Positions 19,464 through 29,461 of a stretch of DNA of 64,000 bases are shown here, one piece after another. The stretch's first letter is position 1; every line of letters starts with the position of its first letter. The notes beneath the pieces were generated by a model. The model searched no databases. It had not been told where the DNA came from and worked only from the letters and a program-made list of their open reading frames with translations. Made by a program: the position numbers and the translations under genes. The DNA lies in the IMG/VR virus record IMGVR_UViG_3300028394_000035; one strand, given 5' to 3'. This DNA comes from a virus.

Positions 19464-20925
19464 TATTATTATACAAAAGAAAAATGAAATATATCTAAAG
19501 GTCGAAGCAGATCCGCATATTCATCAAGAGTTATTTGATCATTTTACCTTTGATGTACCTGGGGCAAAATTTATGCCTCAATATCGTAGCAAACATTGGG
19601 ATGGAAAAATAAGACTCTACAGTAATCATACTGGAGAAATTTATGTTGGTCTTTTAGATAAAATATTATCTTGGGCAAAAAATGCTGAATATAATATTGA
19701 GTTTAAACATAATAAATTTTATGGAGACCCATTTGAAGAGAATTTGATGATTTCACACGAAGGTGTGACTGATTATATGAAAAAAATATCTAGACACGAA
19801 CCAAGAGATTATCAAATTAATGCTGTTTATGATGCTTTAAAATACAATCGTAAGCTTTTGATTTCACCAACTGCTTCTGGTAAATCTTTAATGATATATT
19901 CTATTGTAAGATATTTTACAGATAAGAATGAAAAAATACTTGTAGTAGTTCCTACTACATCATTAGTAGAACAGATGTATAAGGACTTTGAAGATTATGG
20001 TTGGAATGCCGAAGATTATTGCCATAAAATTTATTCTGGAAAAGAAAAAGATACAAATAAAAACGTAATCATCACAACCTGGCAATCCGTTTATAATCTT
20101 CCTAGAAAATTCTTTGATGATTTTGGTGTAGTGATTGGCGATGAAGCACACCTATTCAAGTCAAAATCGCTTGTAGGGATTATGACGAAATTGGATAATA
20201 CGAAATATCGTTATGGATTTACAGGCACCTTAGATGGGTCACAAACGCATAAGTGGGTGCTTGAAGGATTGTTTGGCCCTTCTTATAAAGTCACACAAAC
20301 AAAAGAACTGATTGATAAAGGCCATTTATCTAAACTAGATATTAAAGTTCTTCTTTTAAAACACGATCAACATAAATTTAATGAATATGAAGAAGAAATA
20401 CAATATTTAATTACTCACGAAAAAAGAAATAACTTTATTAAAAATCTTGTTTTAGATTTAAATGGAAATAGTTTAGTTCTTTTTAATCGTGTAGAAAGTC
20501 ACGGACAACCACTTTATGAACTTATAAATAATTCAGCATCAAAAGATAGAAAAGTATTTTTTGTCTATGGTGGGGTAGATGTAGAAGAAAGAGAAAAGGT
20601 AAGAGAAATTACTGAAAAAGAAAAAGACGCAATTATTGTTGCATCATATGGTACATTTTCTACTGGCATTAACATTAAAAATCTTCATAATGTAATCTTT
20701 GCTTCACCATCAAAATCAAGAATAAGAAATCTTCAAAGTATTGGAAGAGTTCTTCGTAAAGGAGATAACAAATCACAAGCAGTATTATATGATATTGCAG
20801 ACGATTGTACTTATAAATCAAAAAAAAATTATACATTAAATCATTTGATTGAAAGAATTAAGATTTATAATGAAGAAAAATTCAATTACGAAATTATACA
20901 AATAGAATTTAAGGAAAAAAAGTAA
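19456..20925 (+). CDS. uvsW: SF2 helicase UvsW
   Basis: SPTASGKS, DEAH, FASPSKSRIRNLQSIGRVLR; start taken at ATG 19456. Confidence 0.97.
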   Translation: MTDIIIQKKNEIYLKVEADPHIHQELFDHFTFDVPGAKFMPQYRSKHWDGKIRLYSNHTGEIYVGLLDKILSWAKNAEYNIEFKHNKFYGDPFEENLMISHEGVTDYMKKISRHEPRDYQINAVYDALKYNRKLLISPTASGKSLMIYSIVRYFTDKNEKILVVVPTTSLVEQMYKDFEDYGWNAEDYCHKIYSGKEKDTNKNVIITTWQSVYNLPRKFFDDFGVVIGDEAHLFKSKSLVGIMTKLDNTKYRYGFTGTLDGSQTHKWVLEGLFGPSYKVTQTKELIDKGHLSKLDIKVLLLKHDQHKFNEYEEEIQYLITHEKRNNFIKNLVLDLNGNSLVLFNRVESHGQPLYELINNSASKDRKVFFVYGGVDVEEREKVREITEKEKDAIIVASYGTFSTGINIKNLHNVIFASPSKSRIRNLQSIGRVLRKGDNKSQAVLYDIADDCTYKSKKNYTLNHLIERIKIYNEEKFNYEIIQIEFKEKK

Positions 20926-21326
20926 TGTACGAAGAAGAATTTTATGCAGCAATCAAGATGGTATCAGGTGAAGAAGTATTTTCTAAAGTATGTCCTTGTG
21001 AAGAAAAAGATAGAATTATTTTAATTCTTGATAATCCAGTTTTAATGGAAACTATCACAATCCGTCAGCTTGGAATGACAGCACTTAAAGTTATTCCTTG
21101 GATGAAACTTACTGATGATACAATGTTTATTGTAGAAATGAATAGAATAATCACAATGACAGAAGTAAATGATAGTTCTATTATTAAAGTATATCAAAAA
21201 TATATTAGAGAAAGAAATAAAATATCTAGCAAATCACAACTAAGTTCAAATATGGGTTTCATTTCTTCAATTGCTGATGCTAGAGTATCCTTAGAAAAGC
21301 TTTATAAATCTAATAGTAAAACTTAG
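20925..21326 (+). CDS. conserved hypothetical protein (possible Sm-like fold)
   Basis: AIKMVSGEEVFSKV motif; lies between uvsW and gp55. Confidence 0.75.
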   Translation: MYEEEFYAAIKMVSGEEVFSKVCPCEEKDRIILILDNPVLMETITIRQLGMTALKVIPWMKLTDDTMFIVEMNRIITMTEVNDSSIIKVYQKYIRERNKISSKSQLSSNMGFISSIADARVSLEKLYKSNSKT

Positions 21327-21356
21327 ATACACCCATTCTTCAAAACCCACAGAGTT

Positions 21357-21385
21357 ATTTTAGTTAGTTTGGGGAAAGTTGTCAA
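21357..21385 (-). promoter_or_regulatory. sigma70-type promoter on the minus strand (TTGACA-N17-TAAAAT)
   Basis: Reverse complement of 21380-21385 is TTGACA and of 21357-21362 is TAAAAT, with a 17-nt spacer. Confidence 0.6.
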
Positions 21386-21408
21386 GTTCTTGATTGTTAT
21401 GTTATAAT
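21379..21408 (+). promoter_or_regulatory. sigma70-type promoter for gp55 and the replication block
   Basis: TTGTCA-N18-TATAAT with an extended -10 (TGn). Confidence 0.7.
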
Positions 21409-21429
21409 AAGAACAAATCAAATTCAAAA

Positions 21430-21897
21430 ATGAATAAAGTAAAGAAAAATCCACATTATGTAAATAATAAAGATTTTCACGATGCATTAGTTGCATACAA
21501 TATGAGAATAGATGCTGCAAAAGAAAATGGAACACCACCACCAAGGATTTCAAATTATTTGGGTGAGTGTTTTTTAAAAATTGCTACTCACTTATCATAT
21601 CGTCCCAACTTTGTAAACTATATGTTTCGTGAAGATATGATAAGTGATGGTGTGGAAAATTGCGTTCAATATATTGATAGATTTGATATAGAACGTACAA
21701 ATCCATTTGCTTATTTTACGCAAATTGTTTATTATGCTTTTCTTCGTAGAATACAAAGAGAAAAAAGACAAATGGAAATCAAAGATAAGATTATTGAACG
21801 TAGTGGATTTGAAGAAGTATTTACATCTGATGTGGGTGGTATTAACTCGGATTATAATACAATTAAAGATAACGTACACATCAAACTTCACCAATGA
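21430..21897 (+). CDS. gp55: late sigma factor gp55
   Basis: HYVNNKDF, IATHLSYRPNFVNY, NPFAYFTQI; start taken at ATG 21430. Confidence 0.97.
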   Translation: MNKVKKNPHYVNNKDFHDALVAYNMRIDAAKENGTPPPRISNYLGECFLKIATHLSYRPNFVNYMFREDMISDGVENCVQYIDRFDIERTNPFAYFTQIVYYAFLRRIQREKRQMEIKDKIIERSGFEEVFTSDVGGINSDYNTIKDNVHIKLHQ

Positions 21898-22937
21898 AAC
21901 TTGGTTTAATTACAGACACTCACTATAACTTCAAGAAAGCAAATAAATCATTTCATGATTATTTTGCGAAGTTCTATAATGATATTTTTTTTCCTAAACT
22001 AGAAGAACGAAATATCAAGGCAGTAGTCCATCTTGGTGATGCATTTGACAGTCGTAAGGGTGTGGATTATTGGGCATTAGAATGGGCACAGAAGAATGTA
22101 TACAATCGTTTTCAGGAACTTGGTATTCTTGTTTATAATATCGTAGGTAATCACGATTGTTATCATAAAAATACTAATGATGTAAATGCAATAGATTTAT
22201 TATTACAAGAATATGATAATGTAATACCAATTTCTGAACCAAAAGAATTTTGTATTGATGGTTTAGGCACTTTAATGCTTCCTTGGATTTGCACGGATAA
22301 TCGGGAAAAAACCGATCATCTATTGAAAAATACACAAGCAAAGGTTATATTTTCACATTTAGAATTATCTGGATTTGTAGCTTATCCTGGTCATATTATG
22401 AAAGAAGGAATGGATGCAAGCATATTTAAAAAATTTGATAGAGTGTATTCGGGGCATTATCATACCAAAAGTGATGATGGTAAAATATATTATCTCGGAA
22501 ATCCATATCAAATGTTTTGGAATGATGTAGATGATACTAGAGGTTTTCATATTTTTGATACTGATACATATGAATTAGAGTATTTTAAAAATCCATATAA
22601 TATGTTTGAGAGGGTATATTATGAAGATAATGATTATAAAAAATTTGATACCTCATATTTGGAAGAAAAAATCGTAAAAGTTGTTGTTCGTCAAAAATCA
22701 AATCAATTAAAATTCGATAAGTTTATTGATAAAATATTAAAAGCAAATCCACTTGATTTAAAAGTTGTTGAAATTATTGATGTTAATGATGGAGATGTGG
22801 ATTGTGAAGAAATATCAGCAGAAGATACATTATCAATTTTGGATAAATACGTAGAAGAAGCAGAATTCAATTTAGACAAAATGGTTGTAAAAAAATTACT
22901 CAGAGATGTATATAAAGAAGCATTAGAGATAGAATAA
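21894..22937 (+). CDS. gp47: recombination nuclease gp47 (Mre11/SbcD-like)
   Basis: TDTH, HLGDAFD, GNHD and SGHYH metallophosphoesterase motifs. Confidence 0.97.
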   Translation: MKLGLITDTHYNFKKANKSFHDYFAKFYNDIFFPKLEERNIKAVVHLGDAFDSRKGVDYWALEWAQKNVYNRFQELGILVYNIVGNHDCYHKNTNDVNAIDLLLQEYDNVIPISEPKEFCIDGLGTLMLPWICTDNREKTDHLLKNTQAKVIFSHLELSGFVAYPGHIMKEGMDASIFKKFDRVYSGHYHTKSDDGKIYYLGNPYQMFWNDVDDTRGFHIFDTDTYELEYFKNPYNMFERVYYEDNDYKKFDTSYLEEKIVKVVVRQKSNQLKFDKFIDKILKANPLDLKVVEIIDVNDGDVDCEEISAEDTLSILDKYVEEAEFNLDKMVVKKLLRDVYKEALEIE

Positions 22938-23224
22938 TGTATATACTGGCAATTAAGGAAAATGAGGACGAAGGTGCTTATGCAGTAGTGGATGATGATG
23001 GCGAAAAGGCATTATATATTTTCGAAGATGAAGATGATGCCAAACGTTATGCCGGATTGCTAGAAGCAGAAGATTATCCTATAATGTCAGTGGTTGAAGT
23101 AGAAGATGAAGTTGCGATACGTACTTGTGAAATGTATGGATATCACTATGTTATAATTAATTCAAATGAAATTGTAATACCCCCAAGACAAAATGATCTT
23201 ATTCAAACGAATAGCTTATCGTAA
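22937..23224 (+). CDS. acidic hypothetical protein between gp47 and gp46
   Basis: 95-aa ORF translationally coupled to both neighbours. Confidence 0.75.
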   Translation: MYILAIKENEDEGAYAVVDDDGEKALYIFEDEDDAKRYAGLLEAEDYPIMSVVEVEDEVAIRTCEMYGYHYVIINSNEIVIPPRQNDLIQTNSLS

Positions 23225-24908
23225 TTTTTTATCATCAGGAAATAATTTAACTGAAATAAATCTTACGGGAGAAACTACTACATTAATTATTGGCCATAAT
23301 GGTTCTGGCAAAAGTACAATGCTTGATGCTTTGTGTTTTGGTTTATTCAATAAAGCATTTCGTAAAATTAATAAAAACCAACTAGTTAATTCTACAAATG
23401 AAAAAGAATGTTTGGTTGAGGTTGAGTTTAGTATTGGAAATAAAGAATATAAAATCATAAGAGGAATTAAACCAAATATTTTTGAAATTTGGATAAATGG
23501 AGAATTGCAAAATCAAGTAGCAGCATCAATAGACCAACAAAAGCATCTTGAAGATATAATACTAAAACTTAATTATAAATCATTTACACAAATCGTAATT
23601 CTTGGTAGTGCTTCTTTTGTTCCTTTTATGCAACTTTCTACGGCTAATCGTCGTGAGGTTGTAGAGGATTTATTAGATATTAAAATATTTTCTGCGATGA
23701 ATTCTATTCTTAAAGAAAAGATAAGAAGTTCAAATGAAAAAATTAAAGAATTTGATATATTTGAAAAATCAATTCAAGAAAAAATTCTAATGCAAACAGA
23801 ATTTATTGAAGAGTTGGAAAAAAGAGGAAATGATAAAATAATTGCGAACCAAGAAAAAATCGTCAATTTATTAAATGAAGTTGGCGTTTATATTCGTCAA
23901 AATTCTTTTCTCGAAGAAGATGTATTTAAATATATTAAAGAACAAGAAGAAGTTTCTGGTGCAACTGATAGACTAAAAAAACTTGATAATTTAAAAGGAA
24001 AACTATCAGAAAAGGTATCTGTAATTACAGAAGAGCATAAATTTTTTAATGAAAATACGGTTTGCCCAACTTGTACACAAACAATTGACGAAGTATTTCG
24101 TGTAAATAAAATTACAGACGTTCAAAATAAAGCAAAAGAATTACAAACAGGTTATCAAGACCTTGAATGTACTATCAAAAACGAAGAAGAACGAGAACGT
24201 CAATTTATCATTCTTTCTAAGGAGATTGCAAAATTAAACAATGAGATTTCTCAAAACAATACTAGAATATCATTTAACCAAAAACAAACACAAGAACTTG
24301 AATATGAAATTCAAACAATTACCGAACAATTTAAAAATAGAAATACTGAACAACAAAAATTAGAAAAACTTGAAAAACAACAAGTTGATAATTTCAAAAA
24401 GAAATCAAAGTATAAAGAAACGATTAATTATTTTGATTTCGCACAAATACTAATGAAAGATGGAGGAGTTAAAACTAAAATTATTCAAAAGTACCTTCCT
24501 TTAATGAATAAACAAATCAATAAGTATTTGCAGATAATGGATTTTTATATTAACTTTACACTTGATGAAGAGTTTAAAGAAAATATCAAATCTCCAATAC
24601 ACGAAGATTTTACTTATGAAAGTTTTAGTGAAGGTGAAAAGATGAGAATTAATTTGTCTATTCTTTTCACTTGGAGAGAAATTGCAAGAATGAAAAATTC
24701 AATTAATACTAATTTACTAATTTTAGATGAAGTTTTTGATAGTTCTTTGGATAATATGGGAACAGATTATTTTACTAAAATAATTAAACATATAATTAAA
24801 GATGCAAATGTATTTGTAATTTCACATAAAACAGATGAACTAATTGATAAGTTTGATAAAATTATTCGGTTTGAAAAAATTAAAGGATTTTCAAAGATTG
24901 CACCTTGA
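23193..24908 (+). CDS. gp46: recombination ATPase gp46 (Rad50/SbcC-like)
   Basis: GHNGSGKST, CPTC zinc hook, FSEGEKMRI, ILDEVFD. Confidence 0.98.
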   Translation: MILFKRIAYRNFLSSGNNLTEINLTGETTTLIIGHNGSGKSTMLDALCFGLFNKAFRKINKNQLVNSTNEKECLVEVEFSIGNKEYKIIRGIKPNIFEIWINGELQNQVAASIDQQKHLEDIILKLNYKSFTQIVILGSASFVPFMQLSTANRREVVEDLLDIKIFSAMNSILKEKIRSSNEKIKEFDIFEKSIQEKILMQTEFIEELEKRGNDKIIANQEKIVNLLNEVGVYIRQNSFLEEDVFKYIKEQEEVSGATDRLKKLDNLKGKLSEKVSVITEEHKFFNENTVCPTCTQTIDEVFRVNKITDVQNKAKELQTGYQDLECTIKNEEERERQFIILSKEIAKLNNEISQNNTRISFNQKQTQELEYEIQTITEQFKNRNTEQQKLEKLEKQQVDNFKKKSKYKETINYFDFAQILMKDGGVKTKIIQKYLPLMNKQINKYLQIMDFYINFTLDEEFKENIKSPIHEDFTYESFSEGEKMRINLSILFTWREIARMKNSINTNLLILDEVFDSSLDNMGTDYFTKIIKHIIKDANVFVISHKTDELIDKFDKIIRFEKIKGFSKIAP

Positions 24909-24933
24909 CTTTTTGAGATAAATTTGATAGAGT
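24905..24933 (+). promoter_or_regulatory. sigma70-type promoter
   Basis: TTGACT-N17-TAGAGT upstream of the 24959 ORF and gp45. Confidence 0.5.
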
Positions 24934-24958
24934 ATAAAGAGCAAACCTTGAAAAAATT

Positions 24959-25537
24959 ATGTCAGAGATGCCAGACAAAAAAGAAAATTTTGAAACTGAT
25001 TATGAAAGTTTTCTTCCAGAAGGTTATTCAGCAGTCGCAGCTGGATCTTCTATTACTGGAAGTCATCTTCTTGGTGGTATGGGAGAAGATCATATTTCTT
25101 TTGGTTGTAATACTAACTACTGGGAAGATGATGGTTTTAGTTTGACTGGAAATCCATATGCATCGCCAGATGTTCTTTCTTTAAATTCTCACACTATTCC
25201 TACTTCTTATGAGGTAAAACCATCACTAAATTCAGATCACTTCTGGAAGTTTGGTGAAGGAAAGACACTCAAAGTAGTAGAAGACTATATTAAAGGAACA
25301 TATAATGGTCACTATGCCTCTGATAAGTCAAAGGTTCAAGTTCTGGATATGATTGATGCGATTGATGATGGAGTTCCTTTCTGTCGTGATAATCTCATTA
25401 AGTATTCTTCTCGTTTTGGTAAGAAGGATGGAATGTCAAAACTTGATGCCCTGAAGATTATACACTACGGTGTTCTTCTATATCATTTTGCCGGATTTAA
25501 TAATGAAACTCAAAAATCAAACTATGAAACTTTCTAA
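24959..25537 (+). CDS. DUF3310-like protein with a long N-terminal extension
   Basis: C-terminal HY...FCRDNLIKYSSRFGKK...KIIHYG motif resembles the DUF3310/T7 gp1.7-like family. Confidence 0.6.
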   Translation: MSEMPDKKENFETDYESFLPEGYSAVAAGSSITGSHLLGGMGEDHISFGCNTNYWEDDGFSLTGNPYASPDVLSLNSHTIPTSYEVKPSLNSDHFWKFGEGKTLKVVEDYIKGTYNGHYASDKSKVQVLDMIDAIDDGVPFCRDNLIKYSSRFGKKDGMSKLDALKIIHYGVLLYHFAGFNNETQKSNYETF

Positions 25538-26189
25538 CGAAACCCTGACTGTTCTTAAGAACTTTGCCGGAATTAATCAATCAATTCTCGTAAGAAAGGG
25601 AAACAAACTTCGCACAATGTCTGTAATGAAAACAGTTCTTGCCGAAGCTGTTGTAAATGAAGAGTTTGAAAAAGAATTTGCCATTTATGATCTAAATCAA
25701 TTTCTGAATGGTGTTTCTTTACACGAAGATCCAGAGCTTGATTTTCAGAATGACGCATACGTTGTTATTCGTGAAGGAAAAAGACGTGTAAAATATTTCT
25801 TTGCTGATCCTCAGGTGATTGTATCTCCTCCAGAAAAGGAAATTTCTTTACCATCACAGGATGTATGTTTTCAATTGGAACATTCTCAGTACGATAAAAT
25901 CAAGAAAGCAGCAGCAGTTTATCAATTAGAAGATCTTTCTGTAATTGGTGAGGCAGGCGTTATTCGTTTAGTTGTTCGTGATAAACGAAATGCTACTTCG
26001 AATGAATATTCAATTGTAGTTGGAGAGACTGATAAAGAATTTACTTTTAACTTTAAAGTAGAAAACTTAAAGATTATTCCTGCATCTTATGATGTTGTGC
26101 TTTCTTCTAAACTTTTATCAAAATTTACAAACGAAAGATATAATTTGAACTATTATATTCCTATGGAACCCGATTCTACATTTGAATGA
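25524..26189 (+). CDS. gp45: sliding clamp gp45
   Basis: MKLSNETLTVLKNFAGINQSI and FAIYDLNQFL; start taken at ATG 25524. Confidence 0.97.
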   Translation: MKLSNETLTVLKNFAGINQSILVRKGNKLRTMSVMKTVLAEAVVNEEFEKEFAIYDLNQFLNGVSLHEDPELDFQNDAYVVIREGKRRVKYFFADPQVIVSPPEKEISLPSQDVCFQLEHSQYDKIKKAAAVYQLEDLSVIGEAGVIRLVVRDKRNATSNEYSIVVGETDKEFTFNFKVENLKIIPASYDVVLSSKLLSKFTNERYNLNYYIPMEPDSTFE

Positions 26190-26698
26190 ATATCTTCGTC
26201 ACGTCTCCATTTCCTGCCGAGAGTGCCACTTGCCTTCCAGACAAACACATAGTTAAAATGCCCTTAGAGACATGCCAAATGCTCTCTATCGTGGCATCAA
26301 AGAAGTGGGGACACAACTATGGAACTCTTCCCAAGACCGATGGAACTCCCTACAAGACAGAGAAGGGTGCCTTCCGTAATCACCCTTGTACTTTATGGGC
26401 AGCAAAAACAATTGATAATGCCTACTGGTTAATCAAATGGGGAATGAACTTGTGTGATGAATATACTTTACGATATAATAAAACTCACTCCTGCTATAAT
26501 ACCTTACTGCAAGCATACTATTTGTTTCCCAAAGGTAAGATTGACAAAGTGACATCATTTGCCCGTGCGATGCCCGATGAATATAAACTTGACGACAGCA
26601 TTGACACTTTTACTGCTTACAAGATGTATATTGCATCCAAACCTTGGGTTGCATCTAATTATCTTCGTATGCCAGAACGAAAACCTTCGTGGATTTAA
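26186..26698 (+). CDS. pyrimidine-dimer DNA glycosylase (DenV)-like protein
   Basis: MNIF...DKHIVKMPLETCQMLS and NHPCTLWA motifs. Confidence 0.7.
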   Translation: MNIFVTSPFPAESATCLPDKHIVKMPLETCQMLSIVASKKWGHNYGTLPKTDGTPYKTEKGAFRNHPCTLWAAKTIDNAYWLIKWGMNLCDEYTLRYNKTHSCYNTLLQAYYLFPKGKIDKVTSFARAMPDEYKLDDSIDTFTAYKMYIASKPWVASNYLRMPERKPSWI

Positions 26699-26701
26699 AT
26701 T

Positions 26702-27646
26702 ATGAATAATGATTTCTTGTGGGTAGAAAAATACGCGCCGAAGAAAATTGAAGATTGCATTCTACCTGAAGGTATTAAAAAAACATTTCAGGATTTTGTA
26801 AATCAAGGACAAATACCAAATCTGTTACTTGCCGGACCTCCTGGGGTTGGTAAGACAACAGTCGCAAAAGCACTTTGTAATGAATTAGGAGTTGATTTTT
26901 ATGTCATTAATGGATCTGATGAGGGAAGATTTCTTGACACAGTACGGAACCAGGCAAAGAACTTCGCTTCGACCGTTTCACTTCAAGCAACTGGCAAACA
27001 CAAAATTATCATCATTGACGAGTGCGATAACACAGGGAACGATGTTCAACTCCTCTTACGGGCAAATATTGAGGCATTTTATGGTAACTGCCGATTTATC
27101 TTCACCTGTAACTACAAAAACAAAATCATCGAACCCCTTCACTCCCGATGTGCCGTTGTCGAGTTTGGTATTAAGTCCAAGGACAGACCAAAAATCGCAG
27201 CAAAGTTCTTTGAAAGACTCAAAAAGATCCTGGATCAAGAAAAAGTTGAAGCAGATGATAAGGTTCTCGTTCAACTGATAAATAAGCATTTTCCTGATTG
27301 GAGAAGAGTCTTAAATGAATGCCAACGTTATTCTGTATCTGGTAGCATTGATTCTGCCATTCTTGCTACTTTCTCTGACATTAAAGTAAATGATCTCATT
27401 AAACATCTCAAAGAAAAGAACTTTCCGGAAGTTCGTAAATGGATTGTGGCAAACCTTGATAATGATGCCAGTAGTATTCTTCGTATGGTGTATGATGCTC
27501 TATATGAACATCTGGATGGTCCCAGTATTGCTTCTTGCGTTCTTATTGTGGCGAAATATCAATATCAATCAAATTTTGTAGCAGACCAAGAGATAAATCT
27601 TTTAGCAGCATTAACAGAGATTATGATTGAGAGTAACTTTAAATGA
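26702..27646 (+). CDS. gp44: clamp loader large subunit gp44
   Basis: LWVEKYAP, GPPGVGKTT, IIIDECD, PLHSRC. Confidence 0.98.
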   Translation: MNNDFLWVEKYAPKKIEDCILPEGIKKTFQDFVNQGQIPNLLLAGPPGVGKTTVAKALCNELGVDFYVINGSDEGRFLDTVRNQAKNFASTVSLQATGKHKIIIIDECDNTGNDVQLLLRANIEAFYGNCRFIFTCNYKNKIIEPLHSRCAVVEFGIKSKDRPKIAAKFFERLKKILDQEKVEADDKVLVQLINKHFPDWRRVLNECQRYSVSGSIDSAILATFSDIKVNDLIKHLKEKNFPEVRKWIVANLDNDASSILRMVYDALYEHLDGPSIASCVLIVAKYQYQSNFVADQEINLLAALTEIMIESNFK

Positions 27647-28545
27647 AATCTCTTAAAACTTGTTTAAGATATCCTGGGGGCAAAAGTAGGGCGGTCACAA
27701 AGATGGATCCATACTTTCCTGATCTTAGATATTATAATGAGTTTCGAGAACCATTTCTTGGGGGTGGATCTGTAGCAATTCATATTACCAAAAAATATCC
27801 AGACTTAACTATTTGGGTAAATGATCTTTATGAACCTTTGGTGAATTTCTGGCAACAACTTCAGATGTTTGGTGCCGATATGAAAGACAATCTTCAAGGA
27901 ATAAAATTAGCAAATAATAAACCAGAATTAGCAAGAGATCTATTTCTTTATTGTAAGGATAAATTACACGAAGAAGATCGCTCAAATCTTGATCGTGCTT
28001 CTGATTTTTATATTATCAATAAGTGTTCTTTTTCTGGACTTACGGAAAGTTCCTCATTTTCGCCACAGGCATCTAATTCCAATTTCAGTCTTAGAGGTAT
28101 TCAAAAACTTCCTGAGTATTCTAAACTTATTTCAAAATGGCGTATAACTAACTATTCATATGATTATATGATGGACGGAAACAGAAATGTTTTTATGTAT
28201 CTTGATCCTCCTTATGACATTAAGGATAATCTCTATGGCAACAAAGGATCAATGCACAAAGGATTTGATCACGATAAGTTTGCTGTTGATTGCGATAATA
28301 ACGATATGGATCAGTTAGTAAGTTATAATTCAGATCAGTTAGTGAAGGATAGATTTAAAAATTGGACTGCTGCTGAGTTTGATTTGACTTATACGATGCG
28401 TTCCGTAGGAGAATATATGAGAGATCAAAAACAACGTAAAGAACTTTTGCTTTTTAATTATAATAAAGATCCAAAAATTCAATTCAGTTTTGATGGTTGC
28501 TATAATTATAATAGATTGAAAAAAGAGGGTCTAATTGATGACTGA
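27643..28545 (+). CDS. dam: DNA adenine methyltransferase (Dam/D12 class)
   Basis: RYPGGKS, EPFLGGGSV, YLDPPY. Confidence 0.93.
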   Translation: MKSLKTCLRYPGGKSRAVTKMDPYFPDLRYYNEFREPFLGGGSVAIHITKKYPDLTIWVNDLYEPLVNFWQQLQMFGADMKDNLQGIKLANNKPELARDLFLYCKDKLHEEDRSNLDRASDFYIINKCSFSGLTESSSFSPQASNSNFSLRGIQKLPEYSKLISKWRITNYSYDYMMDGNRNVFMYLDPPYDIKDNLYGNKGSMHKGFDHDKFAVDCDNNDMDQLVSYNSDQLVKDRFKNWTAAEFDLTYTMRSVGEYMRDQKQRKELLLFNYNKDPKIQFSFDGCYNYNRLKKEGLIDD

Positions 28546-28921
28546 ACTCAAAGATTGGTTGAACTCAATCAACCAGACAAAAAACAATATTATAGACGAA
28601 GATCCTTCACTTGAAAAAGAATATTCTCCTTATGTGATCAATCATTGTCTTTCTGGATATATTGATTGCGTAATGTATGCAAATGAAATGAATATAACTC
28701 CAAATCTCGATAAAAAGTTACAATACGATTTTTATATAAATATTCTTAGAACTAAGAAGAGATTTTCTCCTTGGCTTCGTAAAGATACGATTAAAGATCT
28801 TGAATATGTCAAACGGTATTATCAATATAATAACGAAAAGGCACAACAGGCTTTAAAAATATTAACAAAAGAACAAATTAACTTTATTAAATCTAAATTT
28901 GAGACTGGAGGAATGAAATGA
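28538..28921 (+). CDS. gp62: clamp loader small subunit gp62
   Basis: LKDWLNSINQTK, LQYDFYIN, KRFSPW; ATG at 28538. Confidence 0.93.
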   Translation: MTELKDWLNSINQTKNNIIDEDPSLEKEYSPYVINHCLSGYIDCVMYANEMNITPNLDKKLQYDFYINILRTKKRFSPWLRKDTIKDLEYVKRYYQYNNEKAQQALKILTKEQINFIKSKFETGGMK

Positions 28922-29355
28922 GTGCCGTACAAGAACCAGAAGTGAAATGGACACCCGATATGATGGTTGAGGTTCTATTAAATGAACCTGATGACTTTTT
29001 GAAAGTTCGTGAAACTTTGACACGTATTGGAGTTGCTTCTCGAAAAGAAAAGAAAATATACCAGTCTTGCCACATTCTTCATAAGCAAGGTAGATACTAT
29101 CTTGTTCATTTTAAAGAACTTTTTGCATTAGATGGTAAACACGCAAATCTAACAGCAAATGACATACAAAGACGTAATCGTATTGTTCAATTGGTTGCTG
29201 ATTGGGGATTATTTACAATTGTAAAACCAGAAAAGATTACTGATATTGCGCCGTTAAACCAAATTAAAGTTCTTGCTTATAAAGAAAAAGGAGAATGGAT
29301 TTTAGAAACAAAGTATAATATTGGAAAAAAGGCAAAACCAGCAGAAACCGAATAA
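28918..29355 (+). CDS. regA: translational repressor RegA
   Basis: DDFLKVRETLTRIGVAS and QSCHILHKQGRYYLVHFKELFALDG. Confidence 0.98.
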   Translation: MSAVQEPEVKWTPDMMVEVLLNEPDDFLKVRETLTRIGVASRKEKKIYQSCHILHKQGRYYLVHFKELFALDGKHANLTANDIQRRNRIVQLVADWGLFTIVKPEKITDIAPLNQIKVLAYKEKGEWILETKYNIGKKAKPAETE

Positions 29356-29361
29356 AATCAT

Positions 29362-29385
29362 ACGGGGTTCACTACCCCGTTTTTT
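29362..29385 (+). terminator. rho-independent terminator after regA
   Basis: ACGGGGT-TCACT-ACCCCGT hairpin plus T-run. Confidence 0.8.
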
Positions 29386-29461
29386 GTGCTTTCTGTTATA
29401 ATTAGTATTGTGAATGCCGTAAGGGTTCACATAATCAAATCTCGCTTTTTAAGGAGCAAAA

